DNA of 64,000 nucleotides, from NCBI RefSeq assembly GCF_006345805.1, contig NC_043011.1:40560464-40624463 (forward strand), given 5' to 3'. Every line of letters begins with the position of its first letter. Within the stretch, counting starts at the first letter, position 1. Below the pieces are notes generated by a model that saw only the letters and a program-made list of their open reading frames with translations, had not been told where the DNA came from and ran no database searches. This document shows, in pieces, positions 27,255-44,592 of this stretch. This DNA comes from Octopus sinensis. Lineage: Eukaryota. The translations under genes were made by a program, and so were the position numbers.

Positions 27255-27787
27255 GTTTCCATCAGACCAGAGTTACCTTTCCACACTTCTCTTTTTCAAA
27301 TCCAGTTGACACTGGATATGAGGTACCCATTTTGTACACATCTTCCAATATCCAACGTCTTCTACAATGTATAATGTGTTGCTATCATTGCCCAGCTGTG
27401 TTGCAATCTCATGGATTGTGGCTAGTTTGTCCGAATTAATCGATTCGTTTACGTACAGACGATTTGTGTCACAGATTATGGACTTCCTACTGCTGGGGTG
27501 GTCTTCTCAATGCTGGCTTTCCTTTCTTTAAACATCGTCCATTTGTATTTATTGATCTTGTGAATGGCATCATCTCCGTAAATAACCTATGGAGTTCTGC
27601 AGGTGTCGGAAAGCTCGCAACCTTTCTTTGTCAAGATTTCAATGACAGCTCATTACCTCTGCTTGAAACCCATCATTTTTCCAGCACCGAAAAAAGGGTA
27701 AAAGAGTTATTCTATCAACATGTGCAATTTGAATGACCTATATCAGTAAATACCTACTTTTACACTACTTTCAGTAGAACCCTCATA
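27255..27787 (-). pseudogene. Mariner transposase N-terminal remnant with one TIR
   Basis: Frameshifted ..YGDDAI..FKERKASIEDHPSS..TIHEIATQLG..EDVGYWKMCTKWVPH (mariner WVPH motif). TIR-like TATGAGGGTTCTACTGAAAGTA at 27765-27787. Confidence 0.72.
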
Positions 27788-28494
27788 ATAAGCATTTCTC
27801 AAAATTCTTCCTTAGTAATTCTGTTATGTAGATTGATTAAGACTCTTATACTGTCACACAGTACTGTTATACGACGAAGGATAACGTAATTAGCCTATTT
27901 TATGCTTTATTATAAACCACACCTACCAATGACCATCTGCGACTTTGAAAATGCTAATTGACCGATATATTTCCTGTTCTGAATCTAAAAAAATAATTAG
28001 GAATTACATGGATATTGGCTTCCTTCGACAAAGCTAATATATTTTCGACTGATTATTGTTCAATAAAAAAAAAAAATTAGTTCACGGTCTGCGTTTCATA
28101 GGTGTTTCAAAAAGTTATTGTTATTTATACTGCTTTTCAATAAATATTTGAATATTTTTTTCCAAGAAAATAATTTAAAATCGTTTACAGATGTGAAGTA
28201 TGCGCAACCTAAGACACACTTGGAGTCTTGTAGACACATGACATTACACAAGTAATTGTGTATGTCAGTATGCATGTACATGTATATGTACATATATTCA
28301 TCTATACATATATATACATTCATGTATATATATATATATATAAAATACAAAATGGGACAAGAACGCTAAACATCCGGATAAATAGGTGATACAAAAAGGG
28401 ACAACAAAACATCCAGATAGACGATACAAAGAAAACAAGGACGGGTCATTCGAAGTTTTCTATCTCCAGTCAAGAACCAGATTATCCTCGCAAT

Positions 28495-29090
28495 TTCTAC
28501 TGATCCTTCAATAATTAACTCCAACGTCTGTCCCTTCCAGTTTATTGCTTCTATCTTAGTGGCCTGGAGGACTGCTATTTCTTTCTCATTGCCTATTAGA
28601 ACAGTCGCTACCCAGGCCACTTCAATTTCAGATGGAATTCCTTTTACTCTCACCCTGGAAACCCTCCTTCCAAGGTACGTGGGTAGAAGCACCACACTTT
28701 CTATTTTCAATGGGGTCGCCGAAATTTGCTTTGCCTTGGTTACCTCTCTGAGGCGAACCTCCATCCTGCCATATCTGTTTCCCCTGGCAAGATATATGAT
28801 ATCCTGCCAGATAGGCCTTAGTGCCATTTCTACTTTTTCCATTGCCACCACTTCTACTTTCCTTTCCTCTATGGAACAGACTTTGAAAATGATAGTCCTC
28901 TCTTGCATTCTTTCCAAAATTCCTTGGGGCGGTGACAGCTTCACATTACCACCTTCTCTATGCAGCATCCCTCCGCAACTCTCCAAGTTCGCCAGGTCAA
29001 TCTCCGCACTTTCCACCTCCGTGGCATCCGAGTATCTCTTCCCTCTGTCCATCTCCTCATCCATCCTCCTAATTGCTCTCAACAGCCCCT
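28495..29090 (-). pseudogene. Tx1/L1-type LINE ORF1 (gag-like) fragment
   Basis: ..IIYLARGNRYGRMEVRL..LLPTYLGRRVSRVRVKGIPSEIEVAWVAT..NWKGQTLE is homologous to the zinc-knuckle ORF1 at 51.6-52.7 kb. Confidence 0.75.
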
Positions 29091-29158
29091 AAAATTTATT
29101 ATAGCAAAAATGTATGAATTCATCTATATAAATGCATATGCATGTGTGTATGTGTGCG

Positions 29159-29212
<54 letters not shown>

Positions 29213-29449
29213 TAGATGGGAAGACACATACTTTGTATATTAGGAGAGTCATAATGAATAAACCACGGTTGCTGTTCCGCCTCTTTTTTTTACAAACAAG
29301 AAGACATTGTGCGGTGTTTTATGGAGTAACGCTGATATTTTTTTCTACAGACAACAAAATCACTTGATATACATTTAAATGCACGATTTCAGATATTAAT
29401 TCTTGCAATACGTGTGTATATATGTGCATGTTTATGTATATATGTTTGT

Positions 29450-29815
29450 ATAGGAGTGTCAGTGTGGTAAGTAGCATGCTTACCAACCACATGGTTCCTG
29501 GTTCAATCCCACTGCATGGCACCTTGCTATAGCCTCAGAGCGACCAAAGCCTTATAAGTGGATTTGGTAGACGGAAACTGAAAGAAGCTCGTCGTATATA
29601 TATATAGGCATTATGTGTTTTGTTTGTGCGTCTGTGTTTGTCCCCCACCATCGCTTGACAACCGATGTTTGTGTATTTACGTCTCTGTAACTTAGCTCTT
29701 CAGCAAAAGAGACGATAGACTAAGTACTAGGCTAACAAAGAATAGGTCCTGAGGTCGATTTGTTCGACTAAAGGTGATGCTCCATCATGGAGGCAGTAAA
29801 TGACTGAAACTGATA
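29450..29815 (+). mobile_element. Family-B SINE
   Basis: Head, body and tail motifs all present. Confidence 0.85.
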
Positions 29816-29879
29816 AATGAATACAAGAATAATACATTTATCATTTCAAGATTTGTATTTATCGACATTATTAAATAAC

Positions 29880-30200
29880 ACATTTTAAAAATATTAATCA
29901 CTCTATTTCAAGGTTTATCTATGCAATGTATATTCATGTTATGGAATAAAGCAAACCCATCGTTTCTGTAAAGTCCTCTAATGATGCATTCCTTCCCACT
30001 TTTCAGAAAGCATAATCTGGCTAAATGTGAAATCACTTCTGTGAGTAAAATACTCAAATACATAGCGACAAATGTTTTCCTGTTGCATGAATGACAAGGT
30101 TTCGTTTCTTTTACATGGGATGAAGAAATCCTAATACAGCATCGAAACATGGTATTTAGGTTACTTTCTGTTTCTTTTTTATTGGGAAAAGTATTGTGAA
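29880..30200 (-). pseudogene. Penelope RT remnant
   Basis: FDAVLG..MYLSILLTEV..RGLYRNDGFALFH, compared with FDVAMG..GLYRDD in the 36.9-37.0 kb copy. Confidence 0.65.
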
Positions 30201-30510
30201 TATGGGTGTATTGTTTACATTTATTGTAATGTTGCGTTGATTGAACAAGCTACAGAAATAACTCATAGATGGATATAACAAAGCAACTAAATATTTAACT
30301 TGTTAGTATTGCCAATATACATACAACACATACATACATACATACATACATACATACAAACATACATACATACATACAGACAAAGACAGGTGGTGTAAAC
30401 AACAAACAGATGTATTAGTATAACGCTCGGGAAGTGAAAAAGTCTGTACCGTTTCGAGCCTACGCTCGAGTGAGTAGTCTAATGCAGGTCTTGTATGAAC
30501 AGGTATATGT

Positions 30511-31051
30511 TAAATAAAATAAGACAACAAAACCAAGGCTGTGTGGAATTTTCAGGACATTTATAAAGAGAAAGTTAGTCTTACAGCTATCCACTTAATA
30601 CTACTAATACATTCTCAAATTTTCATTCACACCGCAAGACCCCTTTGAATAAACAGCACATGGAATCTACCTCTCAGCACTTTCCATTTGTAATGACAAA
30701 ATATGAACTCCTATCGGAATTTACATTCCACGGACAAAAAGCATTTCTACCACTTCTACCACTTCACATTACTTGGATAATGGAACTGCAAATATAACAT
30801 CTTTACATATTATTACTTTTATTTCTACATTCCACATCCATTCTCCTATTTCCCTATATACTCCTTATTTGCCCCATTCTTCAAAATAACTCCTCATATT
30901 GAACTCTAATATTCCCTCTATTTAACAATCTCACAATATCCCTGATGAATAGATACCTTAATATCCCAGAAACAGCTGTAAGACTACCTTCCTCTTTATA
31001 AATGTCCTGAGAATTCCACACAGCCTTGGCTTTGTTGTCTCATTTTATTTA
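30511..31051 (+). mobile_element. PLE 3' remnant with inverted pLTR arms and a degenerate hammerhead (30938-30985)
   Basis: Arms 30511-30588 / 30974-31051. CTGATGA..GATA..TATC..GAAACAGCTGTA-AGAC. Confidence 0.72.
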
Positions 31052-31827
31052 ATATATGTGTGTGTGTTTATGTGTGTATGCATGTATATATGCATGTATG
31101 TGTATGTGTACGCATGTATATATGCATGTATGTGTATGTGTATGCATGTATATATGCATGTATGTGTTTTTATACACATACACACATGTTTAGATGTACG
31201 TATATATGAGTGTGTGTGTGTGTACATGTTTCCCAGAAAAGCACTCAATATAGAGAGTATATTAATGTGTTTTGTCGCCTGAAGGATCGCACGCAGCGTG
31301 AAATTCTGTGTAATGACGGAGCGTCTCAAGAGCTACATAATGCATGCATACGTACACATCTAAACACACACATATTTACTTAAACACATATACATAACGA
31401 CACACACACACAAACACACACTCAATAGGGCTGGGTAGATTGATAGAGAGATGAGTTGTTTTATGGATGGCTATATACACACGTCTCTATCAATCGTTAT
31501 AGCTATATACCTGGAAGGTGATTCTCTTTTTTATCTTGACGTATCGATCTATCACAGTTCCTATTCATTCGATCATTAATATATATGTAGCTTCTGCCAA
31601 ACAATGGATCTTTACATTTATCTCATTAAAACTTTATCTATCTGTTTTTTATCCAACTGTACATCCATCTATCTATCCATACCCCCATCTAGACATCTAC
31701 GAATCTCCCTACATACCTACCTATCTATTTATCGCCCCCTGTCAGTCTCTGTTTAACTACTCCTCTCTATGTATGTATGTATGTATGTATGTATGTATGT
31801 ATGTATGTATGTATGTATGTATGTATG

Positions 31828-31868
<41 letters not shown>

Positions 31869-32334
31869 CCATCCATCCATCCATCCATCCATCCATGAGT
31901 TTATCTATCGATTATATCTTTCTAACACTATCTCTGTAAGTACAACACATACATACATAGAGACACACTCATTCACACACGCACATATACATACATATAG
32001 AGAAAAAGAGAAGTGGACAGAGAGAAGTGGGAGAGAAAGACAAATGCTAAATAATATGCACATATACTCAGATTCGCACATATAAAAAACATACATACAC
32101 ATATACTTCGTTTATTAAGGCTCTTTCCTTTCACGAGACCTTGGGCAAGTGTCCATTATAGCCCTTGGTTGACCAATGCCTTTTGTGTAAATTTGGTACA
32201 CGGAAACTGTGGAAGTACGTCATGTATGTCATTATTCAGTTTTATTTCAAGATTTCTTGCCAATAAAGAACCGGTTTCTAACCTAGATCCATTGGAATTT
32301 CAACATAAACAGGGTATCGTTGTACATGTGTATG

Positions 32335-33030
<696 letters not shown>

Positions 33031-33290
33031 AGATACAGAAGCTGGAGGTTTGTTTGTATGTATGTATGTATGTATGTATGTATGTATGTATGTATATATG
33101 TATGTACGTATGTATGTATGTATGTATGTACGTATGTATGTATGTATGTATGTATGTACGTGCAGATTCGTATATCTTGTTTTATGATTTCTCATGCATC
33201 ATATCTTCCGATGTATTCTCGTGTATTCTATGTAATTACATATGTATGTATCCGTGTGTGTAAGTGTGTGTATGTATGTATGTGTGTGTG

Positions 33291-33322
<32 letters not shown>

Positions 33323-33869
33323 ATGCTCCACCGTTTGACAACTTGTGTTGGTTCGTGTTAGCGGTTCAGCCCGATAGTATATGTATCAGATATTGTAAAA
33401 AAAAAAAAAGAAAAAAATTAATAAGTACTAGGTTCATATGTTCAACAGTATCCTTCAAGGTGGTGCACCAGCATAGCCGTAACCCGATGACTCAAAACAT
33501 GTGTAAGATAAAAAAGTAAAACTAATGATAATATATAACCCAGATCAAGCTGACATGCTAATCAGAACAATTTTAGTAACTAAAATAAAAAAAAGCTGGA
33601 AACTTTACTGTTAAAAAAAAAACCTAATAACTTTCAACTCAACACGTCCACACAATTGCTAAAATTATGTAATGGAAGGAATGTATTAAAACATCGAGAA
33701 ATTTTGGTTATATGATATATGAAAATTACACACTCACCTACCTTAGATCTGTCAGCTATCGTTATAGTATCGATTATAATTCTCCAGCTATATACACACA
33801 AGAAGTACGTACATACATACAGACATGTGGGTATATTCACATGCAAACAAAAGCAACGTAAGAGAAATC

Positions 33870-36545
<2,676 letters not shown>

Positions 36546-36606
36546 AAATTGATCAAAATAAAAATAAAAATAAAAATAAAAATAAGAACATGAGGCGAAG
36601 GATTCA

Positions 36607-36684
36607 GCGGTACATATGTTTCGGGCCTTTATTAGACAGATTCATAACAAATCATAATGTATGTCTGTGGCCTTCTTCAGCCGC
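36607..36684 (-). ncRNA. Type-I hammerhead ribozyme in the inverted 5' pLTR of the PLE
   Basis: Reverse-complement copy of the 40113-40188 motif with intact core and stems. The differences are small indels in the stem II loop. Confidence 0.85.
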
Positions 36685-36702
36685 GCACAACAGCTTCCAC
36701 AA

Positions 36703-38457
36703 CATCACCAATAGGCCCGACTACTCATTCATCCAATTCGACATAGCCAGCTACTACGCCAGTATATCCCCCATCTTACTTAACAAATCCCTTATTTTTG
36801 CCCGCAACCTTTCACTCATAGACAGAGAAAAAATTGACATAATTCTATTAGCTAGAAAAACCATAATAGAATTCGACGGTAGACTCTGGACCAGATCCGA
36901 TACCCCCGACAATTCGATGTGGCTATGGGCTCGAGCGATTCAGCTCAGGTGACTGACTTGGTCGGGGCCTACCTGCTCAAGAAGCTTTTCTCCGAGGTAC
37001 CGGATCTTCAGGGGGGTCTATACAGAGACGACGCTCTCTTCATATACCCCACCAACAATAGGAGTAAACTAGAAAGAATTAGGAAAAAGATCAGGCTTTT
37101 TTTCAAATCCTTCAATCTTAAACTAGAATTTATGACCAATACTAAAATAGTTAACTTCTTAGATGTTACGTTAGATTTGAATAAGCACCTTCACTACCCG
37201 TATAGGAAACCAGAAGAAACTACCAAATACATCCATACCTTTTCCAACCATCCACCCTGTATAATTAGCACCACAGTCAAGCCATCTCAGACAGACTGAC
37301 AAACTATCCTCTAATAGAGAAATTTTCAATAATCATGCTCAACACTACAACCAAGCTCTCTATAGTGCCGGATATAACCAGAGAATATCATATGTAGACC
37401 AACCGGGAGCGTCCGTCGACCATAAGACTCCCAATTATAATCGAACTCAGCACTCAACTCACACTACCGATAAGTCTAATTCAAACTCCAAACAACGTAT
37501 AGGAAATAGGCGAACTAATAGAACAGCACACAATAGTAACCCTCCCGACGAGAACAATATAGATCCTATTAGGAGAATAGAAGGGATAATAGTAGATTAC
37601 GCAAATACATATGGTTCAACATACCTTTCAACTTAGCAGTTAGGGGTAGGTTATGTAAAAGAATATTCTCTATAATTTCCAACAACTTCCCACCCACCCA
37701 CAAATATAGAAGTATCTTCTCCAACAAAACTATTAGGATTTCCTACTCTACCCTGCCCAACATGAGCTGCCTCTTAGCTAAACACAACTATATTAATATT
37801 AGAACAGCTAGATCAAGAGCAAACCATAGCGACCAACAGAACCCCCCTCTCTAGACAGTAGGCATTATAACCAGACTGGCAACCATAATACCCAAGCAGT
37901 TAGTAATAACCCCCGCCAACACAACAGAGGAAATACTACACCATCAACAACCAGGAGGATACCAACGCCCCCACTCGTATTGCAACACCTCCGCTAGGAT
38001 TAGCAGCACACGACCGAATAATGCAAAGCAATGCAACTGCAGATGTGCATCAGAGTGCCCGCTGCAGGGCGCATGCAGGGCGAAAAACGTAATATACTCA
38101 TGTGAGGTGAGTACTCAATTTAACACACTCACCTATATTGGTTGCTCAACCTCCTGGAAATCCAGATACTACAACCACCGGTCCTCGCTGAGACATAGAC
38201 ATAAGGCTAACAGCACCTCCCTCTCTAAAAGAATTTGGGAATTAAAAGACAAATGCATAAGCTTCAAACTCAGATGGTCCATCATCGGATCAGCTGCACC
38301 TTATTTAAATAATAGAGCAGGATGCCAACTATGCTGTGTAGAACTCCTGAACATCTTGAAATTCAAAGACAAACACAATCTTATTAACAAAAGGTCAGAG
38401 TTCAAACCATCCTGTATACATAAACTTATTAATACTTTCAAATACTACAATGCTTAG
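36703..38457 (+). pseudogene. Penelope RT + GIY-YIG endonuclease, 5'-truncated and frameshifted
   Basis: FIQFDIASYYASI, VAMGSSDSAQVTDLVG, GGLYRDDAL and VNFLDVTLDL are PLE RT motifs. TYIGCSTSWKSRYYNHRSS..LSKRIWELK..CQLC..E is a GIY-YIG domain (38107-38457). Confidence 0.9.
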
Positions 38458-38459
38458 GT

Positions 38460-39545
38460 CTTATACCAACTCCCCCATGCTATTTCCTCCCACCCGGTGC
38501 AACCTGTCGGCTCCAGCACATCCCGTTTTCCTATATGTGCGTGTGTATGTGTGTGTGTGTGTGTGTGTGCGTGTGTATGTGCACATACGTGTATGTGTGT
38601 GTACATATTCACATATATATATATATGTGGGCCACCTCCATCTCATGTTAAACTTTACAAAATTATATTTTTACCTTATTTTTTTTATTTTTATATTTTA
38701 TTTTATTTTATTTTATTTTTATTTTTATTTTTATTTATATTTTTATTTTTATTTTTACTTTTATCCTACTTCCATTTATTTTTATTTTTAATTTTATTTT
38801 TACTTTTATTTTTACGTTTATTCTACTGCCATTTACTCTCATTTTCATTTTCATCCCTTACCTTAACTCTTATAACCCTTATAATTCTTATATTTCATTT
38901 CTAACTATTACATTGTATTTCTTATTTTATACTGTATTTTTTATTTCTAATCTTTACCCTTACCCTCATTCTTACCCCTAATTTATCGCTTTACACCTCT
39001 ATATAGTTTATTTACTTACCTTGGATCCGCCTTTTGAGTATCCGAGCGTCCGCGTACGTGTGTATGCGCATACATACATATGCGCGCGCGTATATGTACA
39101 TGCATACTTCGATATCTTATGACTATACCCATGGGCGCGTGTGTCTCTGTGTGTGTATGTGAATATATATATGTGCACGCACATACGGACACACAGCCGT
39201 GTGTGCGTGCGCGTATTAACATGAGTACGGGATTCTTTACATACGTTCTTATACACATCCTTTAATATCTTATACCTAGACCTAGAGACGTGGGCATATA
39301 CGTGTACGTATGTAGTGAGGGGCGCGCGTATACACATGTGAGCGTGTACGCGCGTAATGTCGTCTATATATGCGGATATTCTGTTGTATGTATGTGTGTG
39401 TGCGCGCGTGCGTGTGGGTGCGTGTGTGTTTATGTACGTGTTTACACGCGAGTGCGTGTGTTTGCTTATAGACTGGAGACGTATATGTACGCGTGTATGT
39501 GGGTGTATGTACCCATGATGATATGTATGTACTGGAAGTCCATTT
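38460..39545. repeat. Low-complexity 3' region of the PLE: (TG)n, T-rich (TTTTA)n, and (GT/GC/AC) repeats
   Basis: Direct reading. Lies between the GIY-YIG stop and the 3' pLTR. Confidence 0.8.
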
Positions 39546-40112
39546 AATTCAAGGAACCAGATTAAACTCTCATCAGCTCTGATTTACGACGAAACCGTTA
39601 ATTTACTGACAGTTCTACAACTAAGTTTTATCAATCTCCTGACCACCATGCTGGGTCCGCGACCTCTATACATCCCTTATCTTTACATTCTTTTACACTT
39701 TTATCATGTTTTTATCAGGCTTTTACTTTTTACTATTATTTCCATTTCTATTTTTACTTTACAACATTATGCCTTTACATTTATTATATTTCTTTATATT
39801 TCTTTATACCCCCTTTACATCTCCTTACAACTCTTTATATCTTATCCTCTACATTTTTATATTATTTATATTATTTTATACTTTTTATCCCTCGTCCCGA
39901 ACTCTCGCCCCTCCATCTTCACCTCTATATACGTATTTTTATTTATTTACATACATCAACATCCAAGTTTCCTCATTCTACATTGAGAGAAGAAAGAGAT
40001 GGACGATTCAATTCGATGCTGCTGCCGCATTATGTCGTACGGGAACGAGAAGATTTGCATCCCCAACCAAGAATTTCGGAAGTAACACATGTCCTTGTGG
40101 AAGCTGTTGTGC

Positions 40113-40188
40113 GCGGCTGAAGAAGGCCACAGACATACATATGATTGTTATGAATCTGTCTAATAAAGGCCCGAAACATATGTACCGC
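40113..40188 (+). ncRNA. Type-I hammerhead ribozyme in the 3' pLTR of the PLE
   Basis: GCGG-CTGAAGA-A-GGCC..(~40 nt)..GGCCC-GAAA-CATATGTA-CCGC. Core intact, stem I GCGG/CCGC, palindromic stem III ACATATGT, GUA triplet with predicted cut after 40184. Confidence 0.85.
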
Positions 40189-40501
40189 TGAATCCTTCGC
40201 CTCATGTTCTTATTTTTATTTTTATTTTGATCAATTTACTCCACCACCTACCACCACCAAACGGTATACACAGGTGCTTATATTATCAAGTACTCACCCC
40301 GAATTTCTATATATAGATATATATATAAATATATGTATATTATGTATATATATGTATATATAGATAGATATATATAAATATATGTATATATATGTATATA
40401 TATGTATATATAGATAGATATATATAAATATTGTATATATATGTATATATATGTAATATAGATATATATAATAAAAATATATGCATATATATGTATGTAT
40501 T

Positions 40502-40538
<37 letters not shown>

Positions 40539-41712
40539 ATATATGTATATATATATGTATATATGTATACACTTACGTTTCTGTGTGTACTCTTTTACTC
40601 TTTTACTCTTTTACTTGTTTCAGCCATCCGGCTGAGGCCATGCTGGGGCACCGCCCTTGTGTGTATACATATAAATAAATGAATGAATAAATAAATACAG
40701 ATGTGTATACGATATGGAAATAATATGTATATTTATGGATATAGATCGGTATATGGAAATATATATATATATATATACGCATACATAGAGGATCACACTT
40801 AAGTAACAAGAAACATATACATATTGAATATTCTGAATCAATCGCCTTATAAAACATGCATTTTTATAAAACTAAGAAAAAATTACTGCCTCACTCTGTA
40901 GTTGCTTCGGTAATTTTTTGAAAAGTCTTTCCATAGTTTTTGTAATACACATGCACACTTTCTTTCAGAATACAATTGCAGGCCATTCAAACATATACTG
41001 TATATAAATGTGCTTGTATCTGCATGTTTGTATGTTTGTAGATGCTTCTGCATATATATATATATATATAAGCCTGTGCGCGCGACTCACTTTGCATGTG
41101 TTCCTATGTTTGACAAGGATATTTAATTGATGGAAATATCTTTGAGATGAACACAGCATGTTACTTCCTATCTTTGTGATTTTTACTAATAATATTAATA
41201 GATCACCATTTCCATTTGCAGTTTAGAGAAAAGCAGTTTTTAGATATGTATATGTTCATGAATATAATATATGCATAAAAATTGTCTAGAATAGAATGTT
41301 TTGTTTCAGAGTTCCAGAAAAAACTGTCATACTATTAACAAAAGTTTTTTTTTCAAGCTGATCTATCACTACGATCTACAGTAAATTATATATGCATCTT
41401 CAGTTGGTACCTTGTGTGTAACGCATTTTTTTGTCAGATGTCTGCACGCTGCGTTTATATAGAATATCAAAATGAATGCTACGGTATTGTAAAATCACAG
41501 CATAGTTGTTCTACATGAACACGCATAAAATACACGTGCGAATGTTTTAAACTTTCATTAACCAAGGCGAGTGAATCTATCATTCATAATGGTTTGTATA
41601 GCACGTACACACTTGTACGGATTTAGGTGCACGCACACGTAACATGATACAAACACAATTGCGCACACTCATGCTCTCTTTCACACACGCGTATATGTGT
41701 GTGTGTGTATTA

Positions 41713-41760
<48 letters not shown>

Positions 41761-42059
41761 TTCATAATATATATATAACTAAATAAACATAAACGCACAT
41801 AGAGATATAAGCATGCGCAAATGAAGACATACAATAGAAATACAAAATGGCTGACGGTTAGTAAGGAGAGACACAAATAAGAAAGAAGAAAACAAAGGAC
41901 CACTGATGCGGTCACAGGAGTGTGACGAAAGAACTCTGGCCGAAATAAGATTAAGATTAATGTAAAAAATAAATAACACTGAAGCAAAATAACACCAAAT
42001 ATATAGTGCGTGTGTTTTTATTGGCTAAACTGGCAAAATGACCATTCCGAAATATAACA

Positions 42060-42090
<31 letters not shown>

Positions 42091-42288
42091 ATATATATAT
42101 ATTATGCATATGACACTAGGGAGTCCTCCGAGGGAAGACCATATGGTTATTTCAGAGCTTCCTCTTTCCCAAAGTGGATCAAATCAAACTTCATTTAAAA
42201 GCATATTGTTTTTTTCTGTCCATTGGACAATAACAAACACATCTGACTAAAGGCATGTTCGGTTTCTCATGCCGTTTATGGAATATGC

Positions 42289-42321
<33 letters not shown>

Positions 42322-42322
<1 letters not shown>

Positions 42323-42700
42323 GGCGCCGGAGTAGCTGTGTGATAAGTAGCTTGCTTATCAACCACATGGTGTCGGGTTCAGTCTCACCGCGTAGCTCCT
42401 TGGGCAAGTGCCTTTTACTATAGCCTCGGGCCAACCAAAGACTTGTGAGTGGATTTGGTAGACGGAAACTGAAAGAAGCCTGTCTTATATATATATTTGT
42501 ATGTTTGTGTTTGTCCCCAGCACCATCGCTTGACAACGGATGCTGGTGTGTTTACGTCCCCCATAACTTGGCGGTTCTGCAAAAGAATCCGATAAAATAA
42601 GTACTAGGTTTACAAAGAATAAGTCCTGGTGTCGATTTGCTCGACTAAAGGTGGTGTTCTAGCATGGCCGCAGTCAAATTGCTGAAACAAATAAAAGAAA
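42322..42700 (+). mobile_element. Family-B SINE
   Basis: GGCGCCGGAGTAGCTGTGTG.. through ..GAAACAAATAAAAGAA. Confidence 0.88.
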
Positions 42701-42931
42701 AGAATTAAAGAATATATATACACTGAATGTCTATACCAACAATTAAACTTAAACTGATGTACATTTCTACCCGGTGTTCAGCCAATTAAACGACCTTCCA
42801 TGAAACAGCCATAGTGAAAGTGTCATAGCTCAAGTAGACAACCTGTCAATGATTTCATGAAATTCAGACATAAGCAAAGCATTATAACAGCTAATTACTT
42901 TTGATACGCAATATCAGGTGTGCAGACGTGC

Positions 42932-42973
<42 letters not shown>

Positions 42974-43997
42974 GTGTGTGATAGACAGAAATACTTAAAT
43001 ATATTTGTAGATAAATACAAAAAGATCTTTATGAGTTTTATCAGTGTATTGCTGTGCGGATCAAACTATCGGGCGTTATCAATTACGCCGAAATTTACAA
43101 TGCGCTTCGTCGCAGAGCTGTAATTTTCATATGATACCACCCCGCTGGTTAGATGGACAGGTAACCCTCTCCCTTGAACGGAGCGCCTGTCAGTTGCAGG
43201 GTTACCCATTTACAGCTGAATGGAGTGGAGCAACGTGAAATGAAGTGTTTTGCCCAAGAACTCAATGCAAAGCCCATTCCGGGAATCGAAACCACATTCT
43301 TACAATCGTGAGAGCAACACCCTAACCGCAGTGTGTAATAATAGTAGATAAATAAGAGAAACCGCGTTGATTTGTCGTGCATCGCTTTCCTTATCAATGT
43401 GAGGCAATATTCAATGACATTTTCTGTATGAAGTAAAACGGTAAATTATAAATCCATTTATGTTAAAAGAAATTCATTATTTAACCGGAGTCATTTTTAA
43501 ATGTCATTTTCAATCATTACATCGAAATTTTGATCGAAATTTTCTTCTCAAATCCTTGATTAAACAGCCGAAGTTAAACGGTTAAAATCTTTTATCTAAG
43601 CAATTTATTTTCAAGACAGTTTGTAATAAAATTTACACAGGCAACAGTAGTTTCATTAAGTTTAATTCTCGTATATTGCGCTACAGCAATATTAAAAATA
43701 GTACAGCTGGTTAGATAGTTAAAGAACTAGCAACGTAAATATCGATTCTCTTTGAAAATAATATTAAAACAAGTGAGGAATTATTGGTGCCTTCAAATAC
43801 ATGCAGTTATCAAGACAAAGTAATGACACGATGAGTTGAAAACATGGCAACTAATGTACTTAACTGATGATCCTTCAAACTACATTAAAAAAGAATGTGT
43901 TCGGTTTTTTATCAAATAAGTTAATGAATCACATGACACATATTACGTTACAATTATGAATATTTTCTCGTTGATTTTTGTTCGTTATTCTACTGTT

Positions 43998-44592
43998 TAT
44001 TTCTTTATTGCTTACAGGGGGCTAAACATAGAGGGACCAAACAAGAACAAAGGGTTGAAGTCGATTAGATAAATCCCAGTGCGTAACTGGTACTTATTTA
44101 ATCGACCCCGAAAGGATGAAAGGCAAAGTCCACCTTAGCGGAATTTGAACTCAGAACATATAGACAGACGAAATAACTATTACTTTACTACCCACAAGGG
44201 GCTACACACAGAGGGGACAAACAAGGACAAACAAACGGATTAAGTCAATTATATCAACCCTAGTGCGTAACTGGTACTTATTTTATCGACCCCGAAAGGA
44301 TGAAAGGCAAAGTCGACGTCGGCGGAATTTGAACTCAGAACGTAGCGGCAGACGAAATACCTATTTATTTATTACCCACAAGGGGCTAAACACAGAGAGG
44401 ACAAACAAGGACAGACAAAGCTATTAAGTCAATTACATCGACCCCAGTGCATAACTGGTACTTATTTAATCGACACCGAAAGAATGAAAGCTGAAGTCGA
44501 CATCGGCGGAATTTGAACTCAGAACGTAACGGCAGACGAAATACGGCTACGCATTTCGCCCGGCGTGCTAACGTTTCTGCCAGCTCGCCGCC
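43998..44592 (-). mobile_element. Family-A SINE array: head plus 3 units
   Basis: GAATTTGAACTCAGAAC at 44141, 44325 and 44509 (spacing 184 and 184). It terminates in the internal-type tail ..GCAATAAAGAAATA. Confidence 0.92.

Larger units (their letters stand above)
36546..40308 (+). mobile_element. Penelope-like element (PLE) with inverted pseudo-LTRs, inserted in a compound (TA) microsatellite
   Basis: RT and GIY-YIG fragments at 36703-38457. Inverted repeat 36546-36702 / 40095-40237, with a ~70-nt extension to about 40308. A similar TA-rich array lies on both flanks. Confidence 0.88.

Noticed and set aside
31272-31320. CTGAAGGA..GAAA..GTA motif
   Set aside because: It needs a core insertion, a T.T stem II base and a weak stem III, which is within chance expectation.
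39572-39615. Possible second hammerhead in the PLE (CTGATTTA..GAAAC..GAC-AGTT)
   Set aside because: G8/A9 and U16.1 do not match; at best it is a decayed remnant.
42240-42280. CTGACTAAAGGCATG..CATGCCG hairpin
   Set aside because: The core is mutated and the GAAA/stem III half is absent; possibly a dead ribozyme but not supportable.
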